Shown piece by piece: positions 52,390-64,000 of a stretch of 64,000 nucleotides of DNA (within the stretch, counting starts at the first letter, position 1; each line of letters begins with the position of its first letter). The notes beneath the pieces are model-generated. The model searched no databases, was not told the DNA's origin, and saw only the letters and a program-made list of their open reading frames with translations. The DNA is from Eledone cirrhosa. Taxonomy: Eukaryota. The position numbers and the translations under genes were made by a program. Location: positions 58,094,001-58,158,000 of the forward strand of contig OZ024740.1 of the NCBI GenBank assembly GCA_964016885.1, written 5' to 3'.

Positions 52390-53775
52390 TGACAGTAATT
52401 AGGGAAAGAGTCAAATTAGATGAAATGCAGTTTGGTTTCTTGCCTGGTAGATGTACTACAAACGTCCTCATTTTAGATATGCTACTACAATGGAAGCTCC
52501 TAGCTAAGAATAAGCTGCTATATTTAGCTTTCATTGATCTAGAAAAGGCCTTTGACAGAGTACTTGATCTATTATCTGGTGGTCCTTAAGGAAATTAGGT
52601 ATAGAAGAATGGTTTGTGAGAGCAGTGCAAGCTATGTACAGAGGAGCTGTCAGTAAAGTGAGAATAGGAAGTGAATTTAGTGAGGAATTCAAGATACAGG
52701 TAGGAGTTCATCAAAGTTTTCTTCTTAGCCCACTGCTGTCCATCATAGTTCTCCAGGCCATAACAGAGGAGTTTAAGATTGGCCGTCCATGAGAATCTCT
52801 CAATACAGATGAACTGGTCCTTATGGCAGAATCCATAAAAGAACTAGAGAATAAGTTCCGACTACGGAAACAGAATTTGGAATCAAAAAGGGTGAGAGTA
52901 AACCTAGCCAAAACTAAAGTAAATAGGAAAGAAGATAGGACCCTGATTCCTTAATTCCTTCAGAGAAGTGGCCCTTCTCAATATGTAGAAAAGGAGTAGG
53001 CATAAACTTCATATGATATACACAATGTAAATTTTGGGTACACAAGATGTAGTGGGGCAATGGGTATACTAACAAGAAAGCAAGTCTTTATATGTAAAAT
53101 ATGCACAGAGATAATCAAGAGGAAGAGTGTCAGTGATATCAACCTTTTCTAATCACATGAGGAATCCATAGACGTGGTTCATAGCTTCTGCTATCTAGGT
53201 GACTTAAAAAGCAGCGTAGGAGGGTGCTCTAGTAGCATAATAGCTAGAATTAGGATAGGATGAAAGTTTAGAGAGCTACTCTCAGTGTTGGCAACAAAAG
53301 ATTTCTCCCTACGTACAATAGGACGGCTGTATGATGTTTGTGTGTAAAGTGCGATGCTGCATGGAAATGAAACACGGGCAGTGACTGCAAAGGACATGAG
53401 TAGGCTGGAGAGAAATGAAGTAACCGTGCTTCAATGGATGTGCAATGTAAATGTGAAAGAAAAGCAGAGCTTGAATAAACGGATTTATTCAAGCTCTGCC
53501 TATTCAAATCTGGGTTTAAGAGGAACCGAAGGTGGAGTGCAAGAGATATGTGTATGGATGATGATCTCTGGATGAAGAAGTGTCAGGAAATCCCTGTGGA
53601 AAGAAGCCATAGAAGAGGTAGATCAAGGAAGACCTGGGCCGACATGGTGAGAGCTGATCTCAAGTCACTGAATCTCATAGAGGAGATGACAAAGGCATGT
53701 GGATAGATGCTGTGCTGAAAAGGACCCATCTAACCCATGCAAGCATGGAAAAACAGGCATAAAAATGATGATGAT
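52390..53775 (+). mobile_element. RTE LINE (RT to 3' end), degenerate
   Basis: IRERVKLDEMQFGFLPG, AFIDLEKAFDRV, MLHGNETRAV..RLERNE. Tail ccatgcaagcatggaaaaacaggcataaaaatgatgatg. Confidence 0.88.
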
Positions 53776-53901
53776 ATATATATATTTTGAAAGTAGAATT
53801 AGAAAAATTTTGTAGAGTATTTTCTGTAATCAATTTACAGTGAAAGCTTCTAATTCTATTTTCAAAATTTTCAATTGCCACCACATCTTAATTCACATAT
53901 G

Positions 53902-53946
<45 letters not shown>

Positions 53947-54354
53947 TATACATATCTTCATCATCGCCATCATTATTATGTCTGCTTCTCCATCGTGGCA
54001 TGGGCTGTATATTTTGAGACAGCTAAACATCTGTCTATATACAATTTTGGTAGAATATTTATAGGTATATTCTGTAGTACAATATCACATTGAAACAAAT
54101 CAGTCAATGCACCAGTAATTTGTAAAAAATTAAATGATTTGTTGTAATATAACATAACGATGCATTTGTTGAGTATAAATTCTTAAAATATAATTCCTTG
54201 TATGGATGAAATCTATAATCTACCTGTAAGTTCTTATTTTACTTTTGTTTATGTCATAGTTAAACAGCTATTCCTTTGTCCAACTTTTTCTTTTATTTCA
54301 AGTTATTTAGGAAAGTCATAACTCATTTTGAAATACATTTGCAAATAAAATTAT

Positions 54355-54637
54355 GGAGGCACATGGCTTAGTGGTTAGAGCATTGGCCTTGCAATCGAAA
54401 GTTTGTGAGTTCAATTCTCAGACTGGGTGATGTGTTGTTTCCTTGAGCAAGACACTTTATTTCACATTGCTCCAGTTTACTCAGCTGTAGAAATGAGATG
54501 ATAGGGACTGGGGTCCCTATCATTCCACTGTAAAGTGGACGTGGAGGTGCCACGGCAAAAAAGCACCCAGCACTCACTGTAAATGAGGTTGGTTCCCGTC
54601 CCACCCTTGCAAGCAGGGAAAAGCGGACGTAAAATGA
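54355..54637 (+). mobile_element. tRNA-derived SINE with head, core and RTE tail
   Basis: A box TGGCTTAGTGG (54364-54374), B box GTTCAATTC (54409-54417), core-like ttccttgagcaagacacttt, tail cccttgcaagcagggaaaagcggacgtaaaatga. Has an internal deletion relative to the 6765 copy. Confidence 0.88.
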
Positions 54638-55589
54638 ACTGAATAGTTATTCTGGACTTGGACACATCTGTATCACAAGCCTGAGTAGACTTAACTGAAA
54701 AAGCATGCTAGCATGTATAATCAGGATATTCTTATAAATACTACTACTATTGCTGCAAAAAAGGACAGGCGAGTATAGATGTGATTATAGAAAATGTACA
54801 ACAAGATATCCCATATGTTGTAAGTGTAAGAAAAACAAACAAACAAAACATTTTTCTTGGGTATGCAAATCATAGAGAACTCACAGGATGACTTTATAAA
54901 CCAGATAATAAACCATCTCTAATACATTAAGTTTGAATTTAAGTTTTCCAGCTTTATTGAAACATTTTTTGCTTTGTGTATTTGTTAATATTACAACTAA
55001 CACTCAATGTAAGCTTTAGTTGACAGTAAAAGCATTGATAAATTTATCAATGCTTCCAAATTATAGGAATATGCTCAGTTGACATTTGATATGCTGAAAG
55101 GTTGTACAAACAGCAGCCAGTGCTAGTTATATTTGAATATATTTAAATAGTTTCATGTTTCAGCACTCTTCAATATCATTTAAGTTAATGGCCTGGAAGT
55201 CCCTCTGGTATTTTTATGTTTTGCTTGTCTCTGAATTCCACCTGTTACACACTTCAGTAATTTAACTCCATAAACAAAACTTTAATTTGACATCTTGTAA
55301 TGGCTTCTCATGCTAAGGCATTCACACCGTTGCATATTGTGGGGCTTCAATAATCAGTATTGCAAAATAAATACCTTTTAGTGGAAGTTCATGGATACTC
55401 ATTGTTGTGGTGACAAGCTATTTAGAGAAAACAGAGGAGTTGTTTTCTCTAAATAGCTCTCCAATAGAAGTAGTAAAGAAATAAATAGATAACGGGCACC
55501 AAACTGCTAAGATATGTCTTATTGGACTACATATATGGGCTGTGTGGACTTTATAGAGGACAGTAAAACATTGAATAGAATTTCCCCAC

Positions 55590-55810
55590 TGATATTACCT
55601 CTCAAACCGTTGTTCAATGTCTCAAAGAGCTATTTCCTCTAGCTGGAGCTCCCAACACTATCCACAGGGATAGAGTAGTTCAACTCATGACTAGATGGTA
55701 TAACATTTTCTAAGCTCAACTCATGCCTAGGTGTAAAACTTTCTAAGAAAAGAAGTCGTGCAAAACTGAGCCAGCTCTTACAACACCAGAGGAAACGTGC
55801 ACTGCAAGAG
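55590..55810 (+). mobile_element. LTR retrotransposon (Gypsy-like) integrase fragment
   Basis: DITSQTVVQCLKELFPLAGAPNTIHRD and, in another frame, RASSYNTRGN resemble rve motifs. Confidence 0.5.
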
Positions 55811-56893
55811 AACTAATCAGACAATATGGAAGTCAGTATTTTTGTATTATTTGAAATTGTAAAAATATAGTTAAATAAAAATCGTATTTGATTATAGGTT
55901 TTTGAATTGATAAATTGGCTATTAAATATTTCTTCTTCTCTATTACTTATAAGTATATGTGGCTTTGTGCCAATATCAGATGTTTTTATGAATATAGAGG
56001 AAAGCACTCTAGAATAAGTGAACGAAAGACCACATTAGTGTATTAAAGTAAGTCTGTAAGTGAATTCAGAGAAGCAAATGATTATATATTTATTGGAAAT
56101 TGATCTTTGGTTATGTTTTATCAATAATTTATCTATCAAAGTTATCTTATTAGTTATGTTTTCTATTTTCTTTTTATAATTTAGAATATTAGACAGAAAT
56201 AATATGAAATCATTGAATACAATGTTTAAATGTATTTAGATAAAAAGTTACTGTATATATTACTTTACTAGTCACAGAAGTATATGTCACACCCCTTTGT
56301 GTTTATAATACTCTTCAGTTTTTGACCCATACATATGATGCATTTTCCTTTTTGTAAATCATTTTTGTAACTTTGCTTGTAGTGGCATTTAAAAAGGAAT
56401 ACCAAAATAATTTTTATCACTGATAATATAGTCTAGTAAATTCCTGGTCTTATAGATATAGTAATGTGTTTCTGTGATCTTTGCCCAGAGCAAACACATT
56501 AACCAGTGCTTTTCAATAGCCAACCCTAACATATTGAAAGTATACACAGCATCTAATGGACATTAAGGATTACAGCCAGTTGATAAAGTCTGCATATCAT
56601 CCTGTGAGTTTTTTCCCTCTTTAGCTGAATTGAATTCTGCTTAAGCAGTTATTTCACACAAAGCATCATTAATGTATATTTGTTTACAATGCTGATATGA
56701 GTAGTGACATGACCAGTTTGCCCTACATTCTCAATCATTTGTCAGTGTGTGTATTTTAGGACATGCTGAAAATTTGAAGCTTAAGGTATGGTGTAATAGA
56801 TAAGTCATAAGCTGTATTTTATGCCTAATTTTAAAGCAAAAAGTTACAACATACCTATGTGTATAAATGGTAGTTCGTTTGGATTATTTATGA

Positions 56894-57735
56894 CTAGCTG
56901 ACATACCCAGCTTTGCACAGGTAAACAGATAAGAGAAGACAGGTAGAAGAGAAAATAACTGTATTGGATGTTTGTCTGGTTTACAGTATGAGGCGAGACA
57001 ATGGTGTGTGTGTGTGTGCTTGTGATGATGATGATGATCATCGTTTAATGTCCATCTTCCACACTAGCATGGGTTAGACAGGTTTGTCCCATTTGAGGCT
57101 TTATGTACAGTCATAGCAAAACTGGCTCTAATAGGGAACTGAAGTCTTGAGAATTTGAAAGGTAGCTCAGTAGAAGAAGGGATAAGAGGAATCTTGGGAA
57201 TAAATGCATTTTCTCCTTGATGATTGCCTCCAAGAATAGTGACCATTAGGAGATGGTTCATCATCATCCTGGCTGTAAAGTGTGTGCTATTACATAGACG
57301 TAGCAGGTCCACGTTTCTCAAAAGATGATGGAAGTTCCAATATTTTATATGTAGATATAGATAATTGTATATATATGGTTGAGTGAGTGTGCATGCGTGT
57401 GCACATGTATATGTGTATGTGTGTGTGTAAATCAGCATTCAAATCAGAAACACTGACCGTGAAACACAATCACCACTAACTACGAATGCGCAGAGAGAAT
57501 CTCTTGTGGTTGATTCCCAGCCTGCAAGAAATAGCAGTCATCTTGGTTAGCATACGCGGGATGTTTTTCTTCTATGATATGAAATAAGAAAATAAAAAAA
57601 ATATGTTGACACTCTCGGTGTCTAATACTATTACCTTGTAAAACTTGATTTGAATTGGTTGAGCAGTTTTGGAATGCATAAGGAAAAGAAAGAGTCAGAC
57701 AGACAGAAGTACAAAGAATTTTATATATATAAAGA
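56894..57735 (-). mobile_element. Helitron derivative with PIF1 helicase fragment (possibly composite)
   Basis: 3' CTAG|T at 56894, homologous to the 31490-31585 end. LLRNVD..LCNSTHF..ILGGNHQGENAFIPKIPLIPSSTELPFKFSRLQFPIRASFAMTVHKA is typical RepHel helicase. A|TCTTTATATATA 5'-like end at 57735. RTE tail piece at about 57022-57098. Confidence 0.82.
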
Positions 57736-57895
57736 TTATTTTTTAATTCATTTGGATTAATGTCAGGTACTATCTTATCATAAATTGGTGGTTAGTTGGT
57801 AATAAAATGCAACCATCCTACCAACTAAATTATTTCTAAGATTTTGCAAATGGAAAAAATTGTGTAAAATATGCATATGTATATTTTAATTTTAG

Positions 57896-57982
57896 CTATC
57901 AACTTCTAAAGGTTGCATTGCTGGAGATCTACAATTCCACGATTCAGATGGAAATTTCATATGCTGCAAGAATACAAAATCT
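57896..57982 (+). CDS. SPO11: SPO11 coding exon D (87 nt)
   Basis: ttttag acceptor and gtaagt donor, phase 0-0. Reads LSTSKGCIAGDLQFHDSDGNFICCKNTKS, matching the SPO11 LSTSKGLIAGNL motif. Confidence 0.95.
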
Positions 57983-59692
57983 GTAAGTTAAATATTTCAA
58001 TTCATTTTGATGAGGTTCAATTCATTATTGATGGCAGTTTACTATTCACTTTACCATGCTACCACATATTGAAGAATTACTCAGTAGAATATTTTCATAT
58101 ATTTTTTATTCTGTTTCTGTTTTATATCTAGAAAGTTCTAGCTTACTTCCTCTTGATTCAACTGCCGCATCCCAAATTCTTTGGGATTTCAGCTAACCTC
58201 ATGCCTATCTATTTTCAACTATTATTTCATATATATTTTTTAACCAACATGCCATTCATTATCACATTCTCACTAATAGAATTAGCTATCTTGTATACAA
58301 GAATCAATGCTTATATACTCATTCATTTCACCTTACTTGTATGTCTCTCAAATTCTTGGACTATAAAATTAAATTCCTTTCCACCCTTTTGTCTCTCTCC
58401 TGAAGTTCCTGCATTTGGCTCTTCACTTAAAAGCTGAGCCATCTAAATACTAAAGTTTGCTTGGAATCCAGTTGTGGAATAATTTTTAAAGGGTTCAAGC
58501 TTCAGAGGAAAAGGAAAAGCTGAAAGTCAAAGCTTTGGCACTGATCTACTTTAAATTCTATACAGTACATATTGCTAATCTGCACTTCACTTTTAACTTT
58601 ATAATACATATCAATGTCTCCTGTTAGGCGTTCATCCCTGTATATCATACCACTCATCACCGGACACTACCAAAAATCCTTTGTTTAGTTAATAAATCCA
58701 TAGTAAAATTATGCTCTTTGTCAAATACTTTTTATATTTCCTCCCCTCTGAAAATGGCATCAATTATAAAAAATCAAACTATATTACATCCATTTCATCT
58801 TTATTATAGCTTTTTTTTTTATTATTCACTCCACTTAGTTTATTATTTGTTATATTAGCTTTTCTCTCTTGAAATAGCCCCTCTCTATGACATCACTATT
58901 GCTTTTTTAGTGCTTAGTAATCATATTTTATTGTCAGTAGTAGAAGATAAGATCTTCCTGCATAATCTGGTTATTCAGGTAAGTAATAGCATAACCTCCA
59001 CCCAACCTGATGCATTCATTACCTTAGCAATTATAAATAAGTTTTTGAGCTTTCCTTATCTTCCTTAATACACTACATTCATAGAAATATATTTGCTTAA
59101 CGCAGACAATACTACTTTATGTTCTATTTTATTTATCTATTAAGTTTTATTTCATAAAAACATTTATAGATATGATATTGATATTATTGTACTCTTATTA
59201 TACACCCATGAATACCACACACAAAAATACACCTATATAAATATATATGCAAACAGGCATTTATTTGTAAGTGCAATACCTAAAGATGTTTTAGAGCCAC
59301 GCAAAATCACAAAATAATCATATATATGTGAGGTTAATGTAGTTCACAATGAATTGTTGTATCTTAGCAGTTAAAGAGTAAGAAACCATAATTATATTAG
59401 TAGAAAAGATAATCTATTAATCGACTATATAACATGCTTTTCCCCGAAATGTTTCTTTCAGTAAGACAGATGGTGTTTCAGGGATGTAGTCTCAAAGGTG
59501 TAGCAGCTGCACTATCAGATATGTTAACTTTACTGAAATGCAAGGCACAATTATATGTTCTTTTTAAATGTGCAGTGACTCGGTGTTCATGCTCTTGAAG
59601 AAGACTAAGTTCAATAGTCTCATTATTTTCTAAGTCTGTGTTAACAGTATAGTATAAGGTGTCTTAATGGCCTGAAATCTGTGTACAGAAGA

Positions 59693-59920
59693 TAAACCCT
59701 TTAGCATTTACATTGCTCTATATTTACTATTGTATTTTCATGATACAGGCTTTACCGCACATAATTATCTCACATGATATCGAATCTATGAGATTTTTAT
59801 ATTATTTATTTTGAGAACAATACCACAACAGTATGAGTCGCTGGTTACGCCCAGTTTAAATAGAAAGAGGTGAGAGAATTCTGGGGTTGGATACGGCCAG
59901 TTTAAATGCTAAAGGGTTAA
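59693..59920. mobile_element. piggyBac-type MITE family 1
   Basis: taaaCCCTTTAGCATTTA ... TAAATGCTAAAGGGttaa, same interior as 5644-5871. Confidence 0.85.
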
Positions 59921-59984
59921 AGATGAATGTTAATGGGTAGCATCTGTTTAAAAGTTACTTAAAAGTGACATTGAGGAGATAATT

Positions 59985-60230
59985 CATCATCAACATCCTT
60001 TTTACACACATGCATGGGTTAGATGGGTCCTTTTCAGCAAAATATCTCTCCACGTGTTCCTTCATCATCTCCTCTGTGAGCTTCAGCGATTTAAGATCAG
60101 CTCACACCACATCTACCTAGGTCTTTCCCTACCTGTGGCTTCCCTCCACTGGAATTTCCTGGCATCTCTTCACCCAATGATCATCATCCATGCACATCAC
60201 ATGTCCATACAATGTAGTCTTCTCTTGCAT
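59985..60230 (-). mobile_element. RTE LINE 3' fragment
   Basis: Reverse complement resembles 53535-53770. Confidence 0.7.
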
Positions 60231-61563
60231 ACCAAATCATGGTTGAACTCTCAAACACAAAAGAAGTGATAGATTGTGAATTAGAGAAGGCCCTCTGAAT
60301 ACATGTTACAAAGAATGGATGTAACAGGAAACATCTTATTCTAGAGACGACCACATTGTCCTTGCTGATATCTAGGGTTGTACTATTACTTTCTCTAGTA
60401 TTCTCATGGTTAAGAGTATACATGTCGCACAGAAGAGTAAATTTCCAGTAGTTCTGATTCCACAGTATTTGTGTTGTTACGGAGGGAGAAAATAATTCCG
60501 TTTAACAAGAATGTTATTTACAACAGTTTCCATAATCTTTGAGATATTGTAAATCAAGATGGTCGTCAAGAGTTGGAGAGGTTGCCTTTCATGGGACTGA
60601 AATGTTTTCAGAGATTGTGGTAGGTCTTAAAGAAATGAAAAGTTTGATAATTTGGGGACAAGTGTTAGCTTTTGAGAACACTATGAGCTGGGCTGGATTA
60701 ATAATTAAGCAAAAAAGCACATACTGAGGGTATCAAGGAACGAGAAACATCAATTTATTCAAATGAAATGTATTTTCTCTTCTGTAACATAATTTGTTTT
60801 GCAGACTTTGTATGTAGGGTGCGGACACCATAATATTTTAAGTGCATGGAGCTTTAAAAAGACTTAATCCTGTCTTGACTGTAAGAGGATGATGGTGAGG
60901 AAACTGACAGGACCATAAATAATATATGGCAACAATGTAAATATGATGGTGAGACAAGTGTGGTTCAGCAGCAAATGGGGTCATTTAAATACTGCTTATA
61001 GTCACACCATCATTGAAGAATGGTAGCTAGGAACATTTCACAAAGTTATTAACATCCATCTTGATAAAAGGAGCAAAAAGCACTACTGCAATTCTGGAAG
61101 ATAGAGTTTCAAACTTTTGAGTGCACAACAACCTCTTTTAATACCTTGATAGGTTTCTGTGCAGTGGTGATTTCTGGTGCCCTAGGACCACCTCCCTACT
61201 CACCACCATTGGCACGGAGTTGGCTAACTGCAGGTGTTAGCCTCCCTAGCTAGAATGGCTCTTCCAACGCATCTCCCTCACCATCCTCTGGGGAAACGCC
61301 TTCTCTATTCTGTCTGCCGGGGCCGTGGGGCAGCCAGCACATGGGCACCCATCTGCTCATAATAGTCAGAGATAGGGAGAGAGACAGAGGTAGTGAGTGA
61401 AAGAGAGAGAACATCACAGCACACACACACACTTGATAAGACAATGATAGATGTTATTTTGAGGTAGAGATTCTGTTGGTATGAGAACAAACTTTTTTAT
61501 TTGGTATCTTTGCTATCTGTAGATGAAATTCAGCTTTTACTATTCACTTTTGATTATCTAAAG

Positions 61564-61906
61564 CAGAAGTTCTCAAACTTTTTGGGCCACTGCCCTGCCT
61601 CATGGCCACATAATACTCTGTGCCCCCAACCCTATTTCCAGAGAAACCTACCTACATGCAAATTGTAAATAATATATAATAGATAAATCATTAATTTATA
61701 TATAATAAATAATATAATATATACTATGTATAAACTAATATTATATACTTTTTATTTTACTATATTTATATATTATATGTACCATTTGATATTTAATATA
61801 CTATTATATCATCTCTCCTGCCTCCCACCGGTCCCTTAGGTCCCAACGTCCCTGGACCATCTCAACACCTCACCAGGCCCGGTAGCCCCCACTTTGAGAA
61901 CCTCTG
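61564..61906. mobile_element. hAT (Charlie-like) MITE
   Basis: TIRs cagaagttctcaaact / actttgagaacctctg. Imperfect 8-bp target duplication atctaaag / atttagag, fitting the NTCTAGAN preference. Confidence 0.72.
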
Positions 61907-62319
61907 ATTTAGAGTATACACAATGTTGAGAGATTGTTGGAGATTAGACCATTTGTCAAGAATGTGTTTAGAGATGTATATTATTAATTTATTAGCAATG
62001 AAGAATAAAACTTGCTGGCATTGAAGAAGATTTTGGAAGTCGTTATGCAAGGATATTTTTAACCAAATTAAATTTTCTAAATCAAATTCTTAAAATTTCA
62101 ATTGTGCCTTAAAATAATTGCTGTGCTGCTTTTAAAATCAAATATATTTTAAGGCAAAATGTTTCTCCAAATACTGTCTCTTGTACAAGGTTTATTACTC
62201 TACTTGTTTGAGGATAGGCATCTAACTGTTATTCATTTATCCCTACAGTGCATGTTTCTATATTTTGGAAACTATCACACCATGCTACATTGGAAAAATG
62301 CATGAAAAGTACAACCATG

Positions 62320-62740
62320 ATCATAATTTTTATGTTTGTTTGTCCATGTGTACTTGGGTTGCAAGGATCCTTTCCAAATCAGCATCTCATCATTTATTGC
62401 ACTCATCATCATCCTGAGGTCAGCTTTCACAACTTCTATCCATATCTTCCCTGGTATTCTACTGTTTCCTTCCACTTGAAATTCTTGGCACTGTTTTTAC
62501 CCAACTGTCATCATCCATACACAGAGCCTATGAGAGTGGGGTCTAGCCAGTACTTTGTTCTGGTGCCCAAGAGATAAGAAGGCTCCACAGCAACCATGCA
62601 ACATCCATTTTGAGAAAAAATCTTTGACTGCTTTAGACCCCAAAGAAGTCTTGCAGACCCTGTCCATACACATTACATGTCTGTAGCAGTGCAGTCTTTT
62701 CTCTTGCTTGCAGCATCTGACATTATTTATACCCACTTGT
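62320..62740 (-). mobile_element. RTE LINE 3' fragment, interrupted
   Basis: QEKRLHCYRHVMCMD and KIWIEVVKADLR, separated by about 115 bp of unrelated sequence. Confidence 0.6.
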
Positions 62741-62968
62741 GAATATTTTAAAGCTCTTATTCATTGTTATTCACAGTTTTAAAATATTTACTGGTGGTAA
62801 ACATTTGAAATTTGTCTTGTATTTCCTGTATGAATTTAAATTCTATATTTGTTCTGCTATACTAAATGATATGTAAAATCTGTTGATTGGTAAATTGTAT
62901 TCTACTGTTACTGTTATATATTTATATATATATGGTATATATTTATATATATATGGTCTATTTTGTAG

Positions 62969-63005
62969 GGTGTAATGCTGCCTTCAAATGTTATGGAAAT
63001 TAACA
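62969..63005 (+). CDS. SPO11: SPO11 coding exon E (37 nt)
   Basis: ttttgtag acceptor. Reads GVMLPSNVMEIN(x), similar to vertebrate AVAVPSNIQGIR. Followed by the donor GTATCCTTT. The TOPRIM-domain exons were not found and presumably lie beyond the window. Confidence 0.88.
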
Positions 63006-63014
63006 GTATCCTTT
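63006..63014 (+). promoter_or_regulatory. U12-type (minor spliceosome) 5' splice site
   Basis: GTATCCTTT, the U12 donor consensus, sits exactly at the end of in-frame exon E. Confidence 0.85.
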
Positions 63015-64000
63015 ATATATATATATATATATATATAAAAACATTTAGAAGTTTAATTATATGAACTTGGAAGACATGGAGGAATAATTACCAGTTCAAG
63101 AAAAAAAAATAGTATAGAACATTCATAGAAAATAGTCTTTTTATCTTTAATATATTCTGTTTTATAACCAACAACTTTTCAATATCCTCTGATATTATCA
63201 TCAAGCCACAGATTTCAAGTAGAGAAGTACAGTTAAATGAAGGAACTTTAACTGGTGCTTATCATATTGATTTTACTTTAACATAGAAAATAGTAGAGAA
63301 ATGACACTCAGTATTCAACCTATGCTGTTTCCATCCAAACTATATTTAATGAAGCCAAAATATCTTGCATAATGTTTGAAAGCCTAATTCATCCAAAGAG
63401 GTAGCAAAAGACAACATCACAATCTTCTGATTTCAAGGTGGTAAGCTCTTCAGCTGGAATAGAGTAGCTTGGGGAGTTCAACATCAGATCCAGGCCAATG
63501 ATTGCAAGCTGACTAAGCACCAACCATTCTCGGAGTTTATTGTTGAACCTACTTCAGTTGAAATATCTGGCACTATAGGTCTCCAAACTACCTCCCTACT
63601 TACAGTGATTGGGAGGAAGATGGCCATACATAAAAAGAAGCCCCATGGGCTAGAGTGCCTTTTTTAGCACATCTCCCTTGTCATTCTCTGGAGTAAGGCC
63701 ATTCTACCAAAATGATGTAGGCGCACCTATCAGTTGTATAAAATACAGTGTGATATTGTTGATATAGACTTTTTCTTCTCATACTGTTTAAATATTTATT
63801 ATTTGATCATTGAAATATGGCTAGTGTTTTGGGGAGATATTATTGAATCAAATGCTTGATTGAATAAGAAGCAACTACTACAATACCTTATGTGAATGAG
63901 TTGTATCTAACCACATGCTTATTTATATTTTAATAGTCTCCTACTACTTTTACTTAGGATTTTTGGAAGTATGTTGATCCCCGTCAAGTATCTTATTTTC

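Noticed and set aside
54355-54430. tRNA gene
   Set aside because: A and B boxes are present, but there is no clean cloverleaf and it continues into a SINE body found in other copies.

Overview
AT-rich, repeat-dense eukaryotic DNA. The SINE/RTE-LINE/microsatellite content suggests an octopus-like cephalopod (inference, not verified). Nearly the whole window is the interior of one + strand gene, SPO11 (meiotic topoisomerase VI-A-like transesterase). Five small exons (89, 67, 109, 87, 37 nt; 3367-63005) splice in frame and include the catalytic TKRDIYY motif. The ORF track misses all five. The last exon ends at a U12-type donor, GTATCCTTT. The 5-29 kb introns hold degenerate RTE LINEs (one family with a C4HC3 PHD-like finger inside the RT), tRNA-derived SINEs sharing the LINE 3' tail, TTAA MITEs, piggyBac, mariner, hAT and Gypsy remnants, and two Helitrons. 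Also present: a ~50/59-bp hairpin-unit satellite, a ~400-bp spacerless palindrome with a Penelope-type hammerhead-like motif, and complex microsatellites. Repeat boundaries were read by eye and are approximate; no searches or folding were run.
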